Source of the DNA: an uncultured Candidatus Binatia bacterium
GTDB taxonomy: Bacteria > Desulfobacterota > Binatia > UBA9968 > JAJDTQ01
Direction: 5' to 3'
DNA length: 64,000 bases
Assembly: GCA_965213675.1 (NCBI GenBank)
Contig: OZ243916.1
Span: 2,624,001-2,688,000 of the forward strand
In this document: positions 10,406 through 19,961 of the stretch, in pieces
How the letters are laid out: each line of letters begins with the position of its first letter
Numbering within the stretch: position 1 is the first letter of the stretch
Notes under the pieces: generated by a model
The model's database searches: none
What the model saw: the letters and a program-made list of their open reading frames with translations, nothing else
What the model was told of the DNA's origin: nothing
Program-made: the position numbers and the translations under genes

Positions 10406-11161
10406 ATGTACACGACCGATCAATACGAGGGCATGCTGGCCGAGACCATCACCATTCAGGGTCACAACGGCGACACCATCAACGCCTACTACGCCCGCCC
10501 GCTGGGCGCCGGGCCGTTCCCCGGCGTGGTGGCCATCCACCACATGCCCGGCTGGGACGAATGGTACCGCGAAGCCACGCGCAAGCTCGCGCACCACGGC
10601 TTCGCCACCATCTCGCCCGACCTCTATCACCGGGCCGGCGCCGGCACGCCCGAGGACGTGGCCGCCAAGGTCCGCGCCGACGGCGGCGTGGGCGACGACC
10701 AGGTGGTGGGCGACCTCACCGGCGCCATGCAGTACCTGCGCTCCATGCCCTACCACAACGGCAAGGTGGGCATCTGGGGCACCTGCTCGGGCGGACGCCA
10801 TGCCTTTCTCACCGCCTGCCGCGCCCAGGGCTTCGACGCGGTGGTGGAATGCTGGGGCGGCCGTGTGGTGGCCAGCGGCGACGCACTGACCGAGAAGCAG
10901 CCCGTCGCCCCCATCGACTACACCGCCGACCTCTCCTGCCCGATCCTGGGCATCTTCGGCAACGACGACAAGAGCCCGTCGCCGGAGCAGGTGGATCAGC
11001 ACGAGGCCGAACTCAAGAAGCACGGCAAGGACTACGAGTTTCATCGCTACGACGGCGCCGGCCACGGCTTCTTCTACTACGACCGCCCGGTCTACCGTCA
11101 GGAGCAGGCCGTGGACGGCTGGAAGAAGCTCCTGGATTTCTTCGGGAAGCAACTCGGGTAA
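10406..11161 (+). CDS. Dienelactone hydrolase family protein
   Basis: 'GTCSGG' Cys nucleophile, 'FGNDD', 'GAGHGF'; RBS AAGGAGG. Confidence 0.9.
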   Translation: MYTTDQYEGMLAETITIQGHNGDTINAYYARPLGAGPFPGVVAIHHMPGWDEWYREATRKLAHHGFATISPDLYHRAGAGTPEDVAAKVRADGGVGDDQVVGDLTGAMQYLRSMPYHNGKVGIWGTCSGGRHAFLTACRAQGFDAVVECWGGRVVASGDALTEKQPVAPIDYTADLSCPILGIFGNDDKSPSPEQVDQHEAELKKHGKDYEFHRYDGAGHGFFYYDRPVYRQEQAVDGWKKLLDFFGKQLG

Positions 11162-11260
11162 GAGCGGCATCCATCGCGGCGGCCCGGAACGCGCCTGGGG
11201 CAACGGCCCTTGGCGTGCCCGGGCCGCGCGGGTTTCCGAAGAACGCGAAAGGAGACGACC

Positions 11261-11581
11261 ATGTGCACCATGATCGCCAGAAAGGTGACGATGGAGGGTA
11301 GCGGCAAGCACTCGGAGGACTGGTTCAAGGTCAACCAGGCCAACGTGGCCTATGACCATCCCTACCACGTCTTCCGGGAACACTCCCTGAACATCGATTT
11401 CGTCAATGAGGACGAGGGCACCGGCGCCCGCGTGGCCGTGGAGTTGAGCGTGGACTCGGCCCGCAAGCTGGTGGACACCATTCTGAACGTGCTGAACGAG
11501 GCGGACCGAGACGGTTGGATCGACGAGAACGAAGGACCGGAAGCGCACATGCCTCCGGTGAAAAGTTCGGGAACCCTGTAA
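11261..11581 (+). CDS. Small conserved protein (DUF6295-like)
   Basis: 'MCTMI...GSGK...WF...YDHPYH...EHSLNIDF...RVAVEL'; RBS AAGGAG before ATG 11261; family name from recall. Confidence 0.65.
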   Translation: MCTMIARKVTMEGSGKHSEDWFKVNQANVAYDHPYHVFREHSLNIDFVNEDEGTGARVAVELSVDSARKLVDTILNVLNEADRDGWIDENEGPEAHMPPVKSSGTL

Positions 11582-11721
11582 GGGCGCCCGGCGGTCGCCC
11601 GGGCCGGGACCTCCCGCCACAGGGGTGACCGCCGGGTGTCCCTACGCGGACCATCCTGCACCGGCCATCCCACTCCTCGCCACCCTGGGCGCCCGGCCGG
11701 CCACCCTGTACCGGCCCCTAC
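11578..11721. repeat. Cluster of GTAG-type REP-like palindromes
   Basis: GTAAGGGCGCCCGGCGGTCGCCC and inverted copies ending CCCTAC between convergent genes. Confidence 0.6.
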
Positions 11722-12755
11722 GCTTGGGCCGGTACAGCGGCGATCTCGCTCACCGGCACCCCATAGAAATCCGCGGCATTCCGGCACAGGATGCGCTGCT
11801 TGTTTTCCTCGGTGAGGTCGTCGCGCCGGCGCAGCTTCTCCACCGAGTGGGGCCAGTCCGTGTCCCAGTGGGGGTTGTCGGATGAATACAGCAGGCAGCG
11901 GTCGCCGATGTGGCGGATGGCGTCGGGGATGGTGAGTTCCTCGCACTCCACGCCGAAGTAGCACCGGCCACTCTTCACGTAGTCGCTGGGCGCGCGCGTG
12001 CACAGCGGTGCCTCCACGTCGCCGCGCTTCTCCCACTCCTCGTCCAGCCGGTCCATCCAGTAGGGCACCCAGCCCGCGCCCGACTCCAGGAATCCCACCG
12101 TGAGCCCGGGATAGCGCTCCAGCACGCCGCCGAAGATGAGCTGAGTCATGGCGATCATCTGCTCGAACGGATGGGTCACCGCGTGGATGGCCAGGAACTT
12201 GTCGAAGCGGTCGGTGCCAGCGGCGTCCCGCGGTTGGCTGTGTATGGCCAGGGGAACCTTGAGCCGCTCCGCCGCGGCGTAAAACGGGTCCAGCTCCCGG
12301 TCCGAGAGCTTGCGCCATGCCACGTAGGTGGGCACCTGCACCGCCACCATGCCCATCTCCACCAGCCGCTCCAGTTCCTCCACGGCGCTCTCCACCTCTT
12401 GCAGCGCGACGATGCCCACGCCCTTGATGCGCTCGGGCGAGGCGCCGCAGAACTCGCTCAGCCATCCATTGTAGGCATGGGCCAATACCCGCGCCCGGTC
12501 AGGATCACGCACGTTGCCGATGCCCAGCCCCGCGGTGGGAAAAAGCACCGCGCTGTCGATGCCCTCGGCGTCGATGTCCGAAAGTTCGCGCTCCGGGTCC
12601 GCCACCCGATGCCCCATGCGCCCCAGGTTCCGATCCCAGCCGTCGTGCGGGTACAACTCGCGGGCCGCGCTGTAAGGCTCCGGGATCCGCTCCCGGTAGG
12701 CGGTCATGGGTTCGGTCAGGTGGCCGTCCGCGTCGATAACAGGATATCCGATCAT
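11718..12755 (-). CDS. Amidohydrolase_2 family protein
   Basis: 'IDADGH', 'LAIHS', 'FLESGAGW', 'SSDNPHWD'; ATG 12755 with GGAG RBS. Confidence 0.9.
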   Translation of the reverse strand: MIGYPVIDADGHLTEPMTAYRERIPEPYSAARELYPHDGWDRNLGRMGHRVADPERELSDIDAEGIDSAVLFPTAGLGIGNVRDPDRARVLAHAYNGWLSEFCGASPERIKGVGIVALQEVESAVEELERLVEMGMVAVQVPTYVAWRKLSDRELDPFYAAAERLKVPLAIHSQPRDAAGTDRFDKFLAIHAVTHPFEQMIAMTQLIFGGVLERYPGLTVGFLESGAGWVPYWMDRLDEEWEKRGDVEAPLCTRAPSDYVKSGRCYFGVECEELTIPDAIRHIGDRCLLYSSDNPHWDTDWPHSVEKLRRRDDLTEENKQRILCRNAADFYGVPVSEIAAVPAQA

Positions 12756-12822
12756 TCCGTGCTCTCCTTGCAGTCCGTTGTGCGCCAAGCGTCCGTCTGA
12801 CCAAGCCGATCATGGCGGCGGC

Positions 12823-12906
12823 AAGGGCGACCGGGGGTTCGTAGGGGCGACCGGCGGTCATTCGGGGCGACCAGCGATTGGCCGAGGCGACCGGTGGTCA
12901 CCCAAC
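12823..12906. repeat. Degenerate tandem GTAG-type REP-like units
   Basis: Four GGCGACC(G/A)G units including GTAGGGGCGACCGGCGGTC. Confidence 0.55.
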
Positions 12907-12928
12907 GCCGTCCCTGCGGCACCGGCCG

Positions 12929-14005
12929 CTACAACCCATAGAACCGCCGCGGGTTGTCCTCCACGATCTTCGTGTGCATCGCATCGCTGATGCCGCCGGT
13001 CTCCTTGAGCGCGGTGAGCGCTTCCAACTCAGTGGAAGAATCGGCGTGGCCATAGTCCGTGCCGATCATCAGCATGCCCTCGCCGGCCTGCCGCAGCAGG
13101 TACGGCACGTCGTCGCCGATCTGGCAGGTCACGTACAGCCCGTACTCTTCCAACAGGTCTGCGGGCAGTTTGTTGTCCACCGTATCCAGCCGGCGGCGCA
13201 ATTCGTACACCACCCACGGGATCCACGATGCCGCGGTTTCGATGAAGCCGAAGCGCAGATCGGGAAATGTCCTGGGCACCCCGGAACTCACCAACCGGAA
13301 GAAGGCGCCGACGTTGAAGATGCGGTACTGATTGAAGAACTCGCGGCTGCCGTCGGGGCTGGCCATCATGTCCACAAGGTCGGCGTTGCCGTTGGACTGG
13401 TGCAGCCCGATGCACAGGTCCAGCTTCGACGCCTCCTCATAGATCGGGAAGAAGTACGGGTCGTCCACGGGCCGGCGACCCTCCATGGGCCGCATGAAGA
13501 TGCCGCAGGCGCCGTTCTCCTTGGCGAAGCGCAATTGATCCATGGCGTCCGGCATGCTGAGAAACGGCAGTACGCACATCCAGCGCAGCCGCCCCCTGCC
13601 TTCCTTCCAGATATCCGCCAGCCAGCGATTGTAGGCGCCGCAAAGGGCCACATCCACCTCCGGCCGCTCGGTGCACTGGTCCAGGAAGATGCTGGTGTAG
13701 AGGATCTGCACGTCGATGCCCAACTCGTCCATGTGCGCCAGCCGCGCCGCCACGTTGGCCACGTCGCGGGTCTCCATGCTGGTGGTCATCTGCCGCCCCG
13801 TCCTGCGCGACCGCTCCTCCAGCGCCTCCTCCGTAAATGCGAACCGGAACAACCCGCGAATCTTCCCGTCGATGACCCAGTTCTGCCGCTGCGTCCCGTC
13901 GTCCGGGTCGAACAATGCCGGCCGGTACTTCTGCTCCGAGGGCGTGAGATAGTCCCAAGTACGCGGGCTCTCGACGACATGCGCGTCAGCGTCTACCCAT
14001 CCCAT
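12929..14005 (-). CDS. Amidohydrolase_2 family protein
   Basis: 'VDADAH', 'FGFIETAASW', 'GTDYGHAD'. Confidence 0.9.
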   Translation of the reverse strand: MGWVDADAHVVESPRTWDYLTPSEQKYRPALFDPDDGTQRQNWVIDGKIRGLFRFAFTEEALEERSRRTGRQMTTSMETRDVANVAARLAHMDELGIDVQILYTSIFLDQCTERPEVDVALCGAYNRWLADIWKEGRGRLRWMCVLPFLSMPDAMDQLRFAKENGACGIFMRPMEGRRPVDDPYFFPIYEEASKLDLCIGLHQSNGNADLVDMMASPDGSREFFNQYRIFNVGAFFRLVSSGVPRTFPDLRFGFIETAASWIPWVVYELRRRLDTVDNKLPADLLEEYGLYVTCQIGDDVPYLLRQAGEGMLMIGTDYGHADSSTELEALTALKETGGISDAMHTKIVEDNPRRFYGL

Positions 14006-14246
14006 TGGATCGCTCTCCTTCCGTGGATAGCTGTAAGATGCGGTCCGAGACTATCCGGGATGAAGCGGGGGCGTCAACCGGAATCGGCCTACCTCAAACG
14101 CTCGACACCCGGGCAGATGTCGAAGCCTCGATCGAAACTCAGGATCCGATGAATCCCGGCTCGACGCATCACGGCCACGTGAAGTGCATCCCGAGCCGAA
14201 AGCCCTTCCACGGTATCGAGAAGCCCCTTCAATGAGGGAGGCCCCG

Positions 14247-14549
14247 ATGAGTCACCCCATCTATCGTGTGACTTCCTTTGAAGTTGAAGCGCCGTACACG
14301 CTACGCATTCGTTTCGACGACAAGACGGAGCAGGTCATAGACTTCCAGGCCGTATTGGAGGGCGAACTGTTCGGTCCCCTTCGTGATCCGTCCCTTTTCG
14401 AACAAGTCCGAATCGATCCGGAAGTCCATACCCTGATTTGGCCGAACGGCGCCGACTTCGACCCCGCCACCCTGCACGACTGGCCTATTCAACTTCCGGA
14501 ACTGAAGAAATTGGTCGAGCGTTGGTCGCTCGCGAGTGCAAGGCATTGA
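14247..14549 (+). CDS. DUF2442-domain protein (putative antitoxin)
   Basis: 'YTLRIRFDD...F.PLRD...F.QV...[15 protein letters not shown]'; GGAGG RBS before ATG 14247. Confidence 0.8.
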   Translation: MSHPIYRVTSFEVEAPYTLRIRFDDKTEQVIDFQAVLEGELFGPLRDPSLFEQVRIDPEVHTLIWPNGADFDPATLHDWPIQLPELKKLVERWSLASARH

Positions 14550-14666
14550 CGCGTCGCTACGTCCGTTCCGGTGAGTCGCCCGGAACAACTCAACGACGGC
14601 TCTGGCCACACTTTCCATCGATTCTCTCACCCACGAACCTCAAGGGGTTGGTTAGAAGCACCCACG

Positions 14667-14680
14667 CAACACTTCTGTTG
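14667..14680. promoter_or_regulatory. Candidate HicB operator palindrome
   Basis: CAACA-cttc-TGTTG about 30 bp upstream of hicA, overlapping a TTGAGG-N17-TAACCT promoter-like element. Confidence 0.4.
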
Positions 14681-14709
14681 AGGTCGACGCCTTTGTCGTG
14701 TAACCTTCG

Positions 14710-14898
14710 ATGAATGCTCAAGAACTCCGTCGCTGGCTCAGAAAACGTGGCTGCACGTTTCATATCCACAAGGGTGGCAGCGGTCATGTCACAGTTCGAC
14801 GAGGACACCGCACGTCGCAGTTGCCGATGCACGGAGGCAACAGGGAATTGGGACCAAAACTGGTGGCCAAGATCAAGAAGGACCTTGGGGTGGACTGA
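14710..14898 (+). CDS. hicA: HicA-family toxin
   Basis: 62 aa basic, 'GGSGH...LPMHG...ELG...IKKDLG'. Confidence 0.85.
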   Translation: MNAQELRRWLRKRGCTFHIHKGGSGHVTVRRGHRTSQLPMHGGNRELGPKLVAKIKKDLGVD

Positions 14899-15314
14899 TG
14901 CTCGCGTATCCAATCGTAATTGAGGATGACGAGGGCGCCCTGCTCGCCACCTCCCTGGAATTTCCGGAACTCACGACCTTCGGGACTGACATGGAAGATG
15001 CCCTGGCACGGGCGGTTGACGCGCTGGAGGAAGCGATAGCAGCCCGTATTCACGCCGGCCAGGATATTCCACCGCCGTCACCCGGCCGTCAGGTAGCTGT
15101 GCTACCGACGCTCACCGCCATCAAGGTGATGCTCTATCAAGAGATGCGGGAGCAGGGCGTCGGCAAGGCGGAACTGGCGCGCCGCCTCGGCTGGCACCTG
15201 CCACAGGTGGATCGGATACTGGACATCCACCACCACTCCCGAATGGATCAGGTGGACGCGGCCATGGGGGCGATGGGACGGCATCTGGAAGTCAGGGCTT
15301 CAGCCCGACGATGA
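14898..15314 (+). CDS. hicB: HicB-family antitoxin with C-terminal HTH
   Basis: 'YPIVI...FPELTTFG...EDALARAVDAL...KAELARRLG'; TGATG coupling to hicA. Confidence 0.85.
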   Translation: MLAYPIVIEDDEGALLATSLEFPELTTFGTDMEDALARAVDALEEAIAARIHAGQDIPPPSPGRQVAVLPTLTAIKVMLYQEMREQGVGKAELARRLGWHLPQVDRILDIHHHSRMDQVDAAMGAMGRHLEVRASARR

Positions 15315-15394
15315 GAGGCTCCGCTCTGCCACGACCCCACCGGAACGGAACCGCGGTTCACACAGCGGATCAACTCCGCCCAACGGAGGTCACC

Positions 15395-16510
15395 ATGCCA
15401 GGCGTCGTCGACGCGGACACGCACATTATCGAGCATCCGGAGATGTGGGAGCTGTTCGATCCGGAGATGTATCAACGGCGGCCGGTGCTGGCGTCGACCA
15501 CGGTGGACAGCGTCTACGGAGAAAACAACCAAGTCTGGCTCATCGACGGCATGGCGGTGCCCAAGCGATTCGGCAAGGGTAGCGCGCTGGTGGCGGTGGG
15601 CGGATCGGATCGGGAGAACGGCCGGACGGACATTGCCGCGTCGGTGCGGTACCTCACGGACCCGGTAGCGCGGGTACGGGACATGGACAAACGCGGGGTG
15701 GATGCGGAGGTGGTGTACCCGACCCTGCTGCTGGGCTACCTGGAGGTGGCCGTGGCCCTCGAGGTGGCCATTTGCCAGGCCTACAACCGCTATCTCGCCG
15801 AGGCCTGGAAGACGGCCGGGGACCGGCTGCGCTGGGTAGTGGTGCCGCCGCTCCGGGCCATGGACGCCTCGGTGCGGGAGATCGAGGCGGCTCGGGACCA
15901 CGGCGCGGTGGGGGTGTTCTTCCGCGGGGTGGAGGGCGACCGCTCGCTGGCGGAATCGTATTTCTTCCCCGTGTACGAAGCAGCCAACCGGCTCGGCATG
16001 GCCATCTGCATCCACACCGGCGCGGGCGCCCCGGAGATCACCAAGGTGTTCGACCGGAACTTCAGCCACAACCTTCCCCACGTGCGTTCGCTGCCGCTGT
16101 TCGCCTTCCGCGACCTCGTGGCCCACAAGATCCCGGAACGTTTCCCGGATCTGCGTTTCGGCTTCATCGAAGCCTCAGCCTCCTGGGTGCCCTACGTGCT
16201 GCACCACCTGCAACGCGCCAGCGGCGCCCGACTCAACGCCGGCGGCGACGCCGACGCGAACCTCGACTGGGGACCCAACCTGTTCCGCGACTACCGGCTC
16301 TACGTAGCCGCGGAGGCGGACGAGGACCTGCCCTACCTGCTGACGCACATCGGCGAGGACCACATCATCATGGGATCCGACTACGGCCACCAGGACCAGT
16401 CCCGGGAGGACGGCATGGTGGCGGTGATGCGGCGCAAGGAGAACGTCCCCCCGCAGGTGGTGGAGAAGATACTCTGCGACAATCCGCGGACGTTCTACGG
16501 CCTCGACTGA
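15395..16510 (+). CDS. Amidohydrolase_2 family protein
   Basis: 'VDADTH', 'ICIHTG', 'FGFIEASASW', 'GSDYGHQD'; ATG 15395 with GGAGG. Confidence 0.9.
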   Translation: MPGVVDADTHIIEHPEMWELFDPEMYQRRPVLASTTVDSVYGENNQVWLIDGMAVPKRFGKGSALVAVGGSDRENGRTDIAASVRYLTDPVARVRDMDKRGVDAEVVYPTLLLGYLEVAVALEVAICQAYNRYLAEAWKTAGDRLRWVVVPPLRAMDASVREIEAARDHGAVGVFFRGVEGDRSLAESYFFPVYEAANRLGMAICIHTGAGAPEITKVFDRNFSHNLPHVRSLPLFAFRDLVAHKIPERFPDLRFGFIEASASWVPYVLHHLQRASGARLNAGGDADANLDWGPNLFRDYRLYVAAEADEDLPYLLTHIGEDHIIMGSDYGHQDQSREDGMVAVMRRKENVPPQVVEKILCDNPRTFYGLD

Positions 16511-16564
16511 CGGTTGAGATTTGCGCGCCCGCGCAATAAGTTCAAGGCAGGTTTGGAGGACCAC

Positions 16565-18025
16565 ATGAGCAAGGACATCACCTTCGTCGACACCACCCTG
16601 CGCGACGGGCACCAGAGCCTGTGGGCGGAGAACATGACCACGGGCATGATGCTTTCCGTGGCCGAGCAGATGGACCGCGCCGGCTTCGAGGCCATGGAGC
16701 TGATCTCCGGGTCGCACCTCAAGAAATGCGTGCGGGAGCTGAAGGAGGACCCGTGGGAGCGGGTCCGCCTGGTGGCCGCGCGGATCACGGAGACGCCGCT
16801 CCGGGTCATCGCCGGCCGGGTCAACACCTTCGAGTTCAACCCGCTGTGCATGTACCGGCTGTTCATGGAGCGCATGGCCGCCAACGGCATCCGCGAGGCG
16901 CGCATCTCCGAGGAGTGGAACGACTTGGCGGGGTGGACGCGCAAGGTGGAGGTGTCGCGGGAAGTGGGCATCAAGCCCATCATCAACATGATCTACTCGG
17001 TGTCGCCCAAACACAACGACGCGTACTTCGCCCAAAAGACCCGCGAGGCGGCCTCGCTGGACGTGCCGCTCATCTGCCTCAAGGATCCCGGCGGCCTGCT
17101 CACGCCCGAGCGCATGCGCACCCTGGTGCCGGTGATGTACGAGAACTGCAACGGCATCCCCATCGAGTTGCATACCCACTGCACCACCGGCCTGGGGCCC
17201 CTGTGCTGCCTGGAGGCCCTGGACCTGGGCATCCGCAGCATCAACACCGCGGTGCCGCCACTGGCGGACAGCTCCTCCAATCCCGATGTCTTCAACGTCG
17301 CCCGCAACGCCCGGGCGCTGGGCTACAACCCGCTCGTGGACGAGTCGGTGCTGGAGCCCGTTTCCGAGCATTTCATGAACGTTGCCCGGCGCGAGGGATT
17401 CCCCATCGGCAAGCCCGTGGAATACGACTACGCGCAATACCAGCACCAGGTGCCCGGCGGCATGCGCTCGAACCTGCAGCATCAACTCGACAAGGTGCGC
17501 CTGGGGGATCGCTTCCCGCAGGCGCTGGAAGAATCCATCCAGGTGCGCGCCGACTTCGGCTATCCCATCATGGTGACGCCTCTGTCCCAGTTCGTGGGCA
17601 GCCAGGCGGCGCTCAACGTCATCGTGGGCGACCGTTACAAGGAGGTCACCGACCAAGTCATCCGCTACGCCCTGGGGCGGGCCGGCGAGGAAGGCGCCCG
17701 GCTCATGGACCCCAACGTCAAGGACAAGATCCTCGACCGGCCCCGGGCGCGGGAGATCGCGGCGCAGGAACCGCACGAGACGCCCCTCTCGGAGATGCGC
17801 GCCCGGCTGGGCGGCGACGGCGTGTCGGACGAAGAGCTGTTGCTGCGCTGGCTCCTGAGCGAGGACGAGATCGCCCAGATGCGCGCGGCCGCGCCGCCCC
17901 AGGCCTACGTGAGCACCCGGCCGCCGATGGTGGCGTTGATGGAGCAACTGGCGAAAACGTCCGACCTGGCGCACGTCAGGGTGACCCAAGGCGACCGCTC
18001 GGTGACCCTCAACCGGGCCGAGTGA
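16565..18025 (+). CDS. Carboxyltransferase (pyruvate carboxylase subunit B / oxaloacetate decarboxylase alpha-like), no biotinyl domain
   Basis: '[11 protein letters not shown]', 'EDPWER', 'CLKDPGG', 'HTH', 'HQVPGGM', '[10 protein letters not shown]'. Confidence 0.85.
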   Translation: MSKDITFVDTTLRDGHQSLWAENMTTGMMLSVAEQMDRAGFEAMELISGSHLKKCVRELKEDPWERVRLVAARITETPLRVIAGRVNTFEFNPLCMYRLFMERMAANGIREARISEEWNDLAGWTRKVEVSREVGIKPIINMIYSVSPKHNDAYFAQKTREAASLDVPLICLKDPGGLLTPERMRTLVPVMYENCNGIPIELHTHCTTGLGPLCCLEALDLGIRSINTAVPPLADSSSNPDVFNVARNARALGYNPLVDESVLEPVSEHFMNVARREGFPIGKPVEYDYAQYQHQVPGGMRSNLQHQLDKVRLGDRFPQALEESIQVRADFGYPIMVTPLSQFVGSQAALNVIVGDRYKEVTDQVIRYALGRAGEEGARLMDPNVKDKILDRPRAREIAAQEPHETPLSEMRARLGGDGVSDEELLLRWLLSEDEIAQMRAAAPPQAYVSTRPPMVALMEQLAKTSDLAHVRVTQGDRSVTLNRAE

Positions 18026-18077
18026 ACGCAGACGGAATGGACCCAACCCGCGTCATCGCAACACAGGAGGAGCCGCC

Positions 18078-19706
18078 ATCGCCACTCATCGCCTAACCGA
18101 GCTGCCGGCGTGGCAGGATCTCGCCGCGCACTACGACAAGATCAAGGACGTGCACCTGCGGGCGCTGTTCGCCCAGGACGCGACCCGCGGCGAGCGCTTC
18201 GCGGTCGAGGGCGCGGGGCTCTACCTCGACTACTCCAAGAACCGCATCACCGACGAGACCCTGGACCTGCTGCTGAAGCTGGCGCGGGCCACCGGAGTCA
18301 AGGAACGCGTCGACGCCATGTTCGGCGGCGAGCGGATCAACGTCACCGAGGGGCGGCCGGTGCTGCACGTGGCGCTGCGGGCGCCGCGCGGCCAGAGCAT
18401 CCTGGCGGACGGCGAGGATGTGGTGCCGGACGTGCACGCCGTGCTGGACCGGATGTCATCCTTCGCCGACCGCGTCCGCTCCGGTGAATGGAAAGGTCAC
18501 ACCGGCAAGCGCATCCGCAACGTGGTCAACATCGGCATCGGCGGCTCGGACCTGGGGCCGGTGATGGCGTACGAGGCCCTCCGCCACTACAGCGACCGCT
18601 CCCTCGACCTGGGCTTCGTCTCCAACGTCGACGCCACCGACTTCGCCGAGACCACCCAGGGCCTGGACCCCGCGGAGACCCTGTTCATCGTCAGCTCCAA
18701 GACCTTCACCACCCTGGAGACCCTGAAGAATGCTCACACCGCGCGGGAATGGTGCCTGGCCGCGCTCAAGGACGAGGCCGCGGTGGCCAGTCACTTTGTG
18801 GCCGTGTCCACCAACCACGAGGAAGTGCGCCGCTTCGGCATCAACACCGACAACATGTTCGGTTTCTGGGACTGGGTCGGCGGGCGCTACTCCTACGATT
18901 CCGCCATCGGCCTGTCGCTCATGGTCGCGGTGGGGCCGGCGCACTTCCGCGCCATGTTGGGCGGCCTCCGCGCCATGGACGAGCACTTCCGCGCCGCGCC
19001 CTTCGAGAAGAACCTGCCGGTGCTGCTGGGGCTCCTGGGCATCTGGTACAACAACTTCTTCGGTGCCGAAACCTATTCCATCCTGCCTTACGACCAGTAC
19101 CTGTGGCGCCTGAGCGCCTACTGCCAGCAACTCGACATGGAGAGCAACGGCAAGCACGTCACCCTCGACGGCGAAGCCGTGGACTACCAGACCGGCCCGA
19201 TCATCTGGGGCCAGCCGGGCACCAACGGGCAGCACGCCTACTACCAGTTGATCCACCAAGGCACGAAGCTCATCCCTTGCGACTTCATCGGCTTCTGCCA
19301 AAGCCTCAACCCCCTGGGGAACCACCACGACCTCCTCATGGCCAACCTGTTCGCCCAGACCGAGGCCCTCGCCTTCGGCAAGACCGCGGACGAAGCCGCC
19401 GCCGAAGGCATGCCCGCCTTCCAGGCGCCGCACCGCGCCTTCGAGGGCAACCGCCCCACCAACACCATCCTCGCTGAGCGGCTCACCCCGGAGACCCTCG
19501 GCAAGCTCATCGCACTCTACGAGCACAAGGTGTTCGTTCAGGGCTCCATCTGGGGCATCAACTCCTTCGACCAGTGGGGCGTGGAACTGGGCAAGGCCCT
19601 GGCGCAACGCATCGTGCCGGAACTGGAGAACGCGGAGATGCCGGAACTGGACCACGACAGCTCCACCAACGCGTTGATCCGGCGCTACCGGCGGCTGCGG
19701 GGATGA
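18078..19706 (+). CDS. pgi: Glucose-6-phosphate isomerase (apparent ATC start codon)
   Basis: 'DYSKN', 'GIGGSDLGP', 'WDWVGGRYS', 'DMESNGK', 'GTNGQH', '[10 protein letters not shown]'; frame open upstream to RBS AGGAGG + ATC at 18078. Confidence 0.95.
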   Translation: MATHRLTELPAWQDLAAHYDKIKDVHLRALFAQDATRGERFAVEGAGLYLDYSKNRITDETLDLLLKLARATGVKERVDAMFGGERINVTEGRPVLHVALRAPRGQSILADGEDVVPDVHAVLDRMSSFADRVRSGEWKGHTGKRIRNVVNIGIGGSDLGPVMAYEALRHYSDRSLDLGFVSNVDATDFAETTQGLDPAETLFIVSSKTFTTLETLKNAHTAREWCLAALKDEAAVASHFVAVSTNHEEVRRFGINTDNMFGFWDWVGGRYSYDSAIGLSLMVAVGPAHFRAMLGGLRAMDEHFRAAPFEKNLPVLLGLLGIWYNNFFGAETYSILPYDQYLWRLSAYCQQLDMESNGKHVTLDGEAVDYQTGPIIWGQPGTNGQHAYYQLIHQGTKLIPCDFIGFCQSLNPLGNHHDLLMANLFAQTEALAFGKTADEAAAEGMPAFQAPHRAFEGNRPTNTILAERLTPETLGKLIALYEHKVFVQGSIWGINSFDQWGVELGKALAQRIVPELENAEMPELDHDSSTNALIRRYRRLRG

Positions 19707-19961
19707 GCGGGCCGTAAACAATGGCTTGGCCGTCGATACGAAATCCCCTTGTCTGCGATCCACCACAATCACCACGGGTTCATGGTCCTCGCAAATCTTC
19801 ATACGCAGACTGCCGACTGTTTCCATGTTGACGGCAAACACCCGGCTACTGAGCTGATCCTCCGAAGTTTGGGATCCGGACAGCTCGGGCTTCATCGACG
19901 AGGTGGACGTGCGGAACCTGCGCCGGGAGGCTGACGTGGGCACGCAGGTGGTGTCAAAGCG

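Noticed and set aside
19710-19960. Short ORFs between pgi and the amidase
   Set aside because: No recognisable motif on either strand; perhaps degraded remnants, but unsupported.
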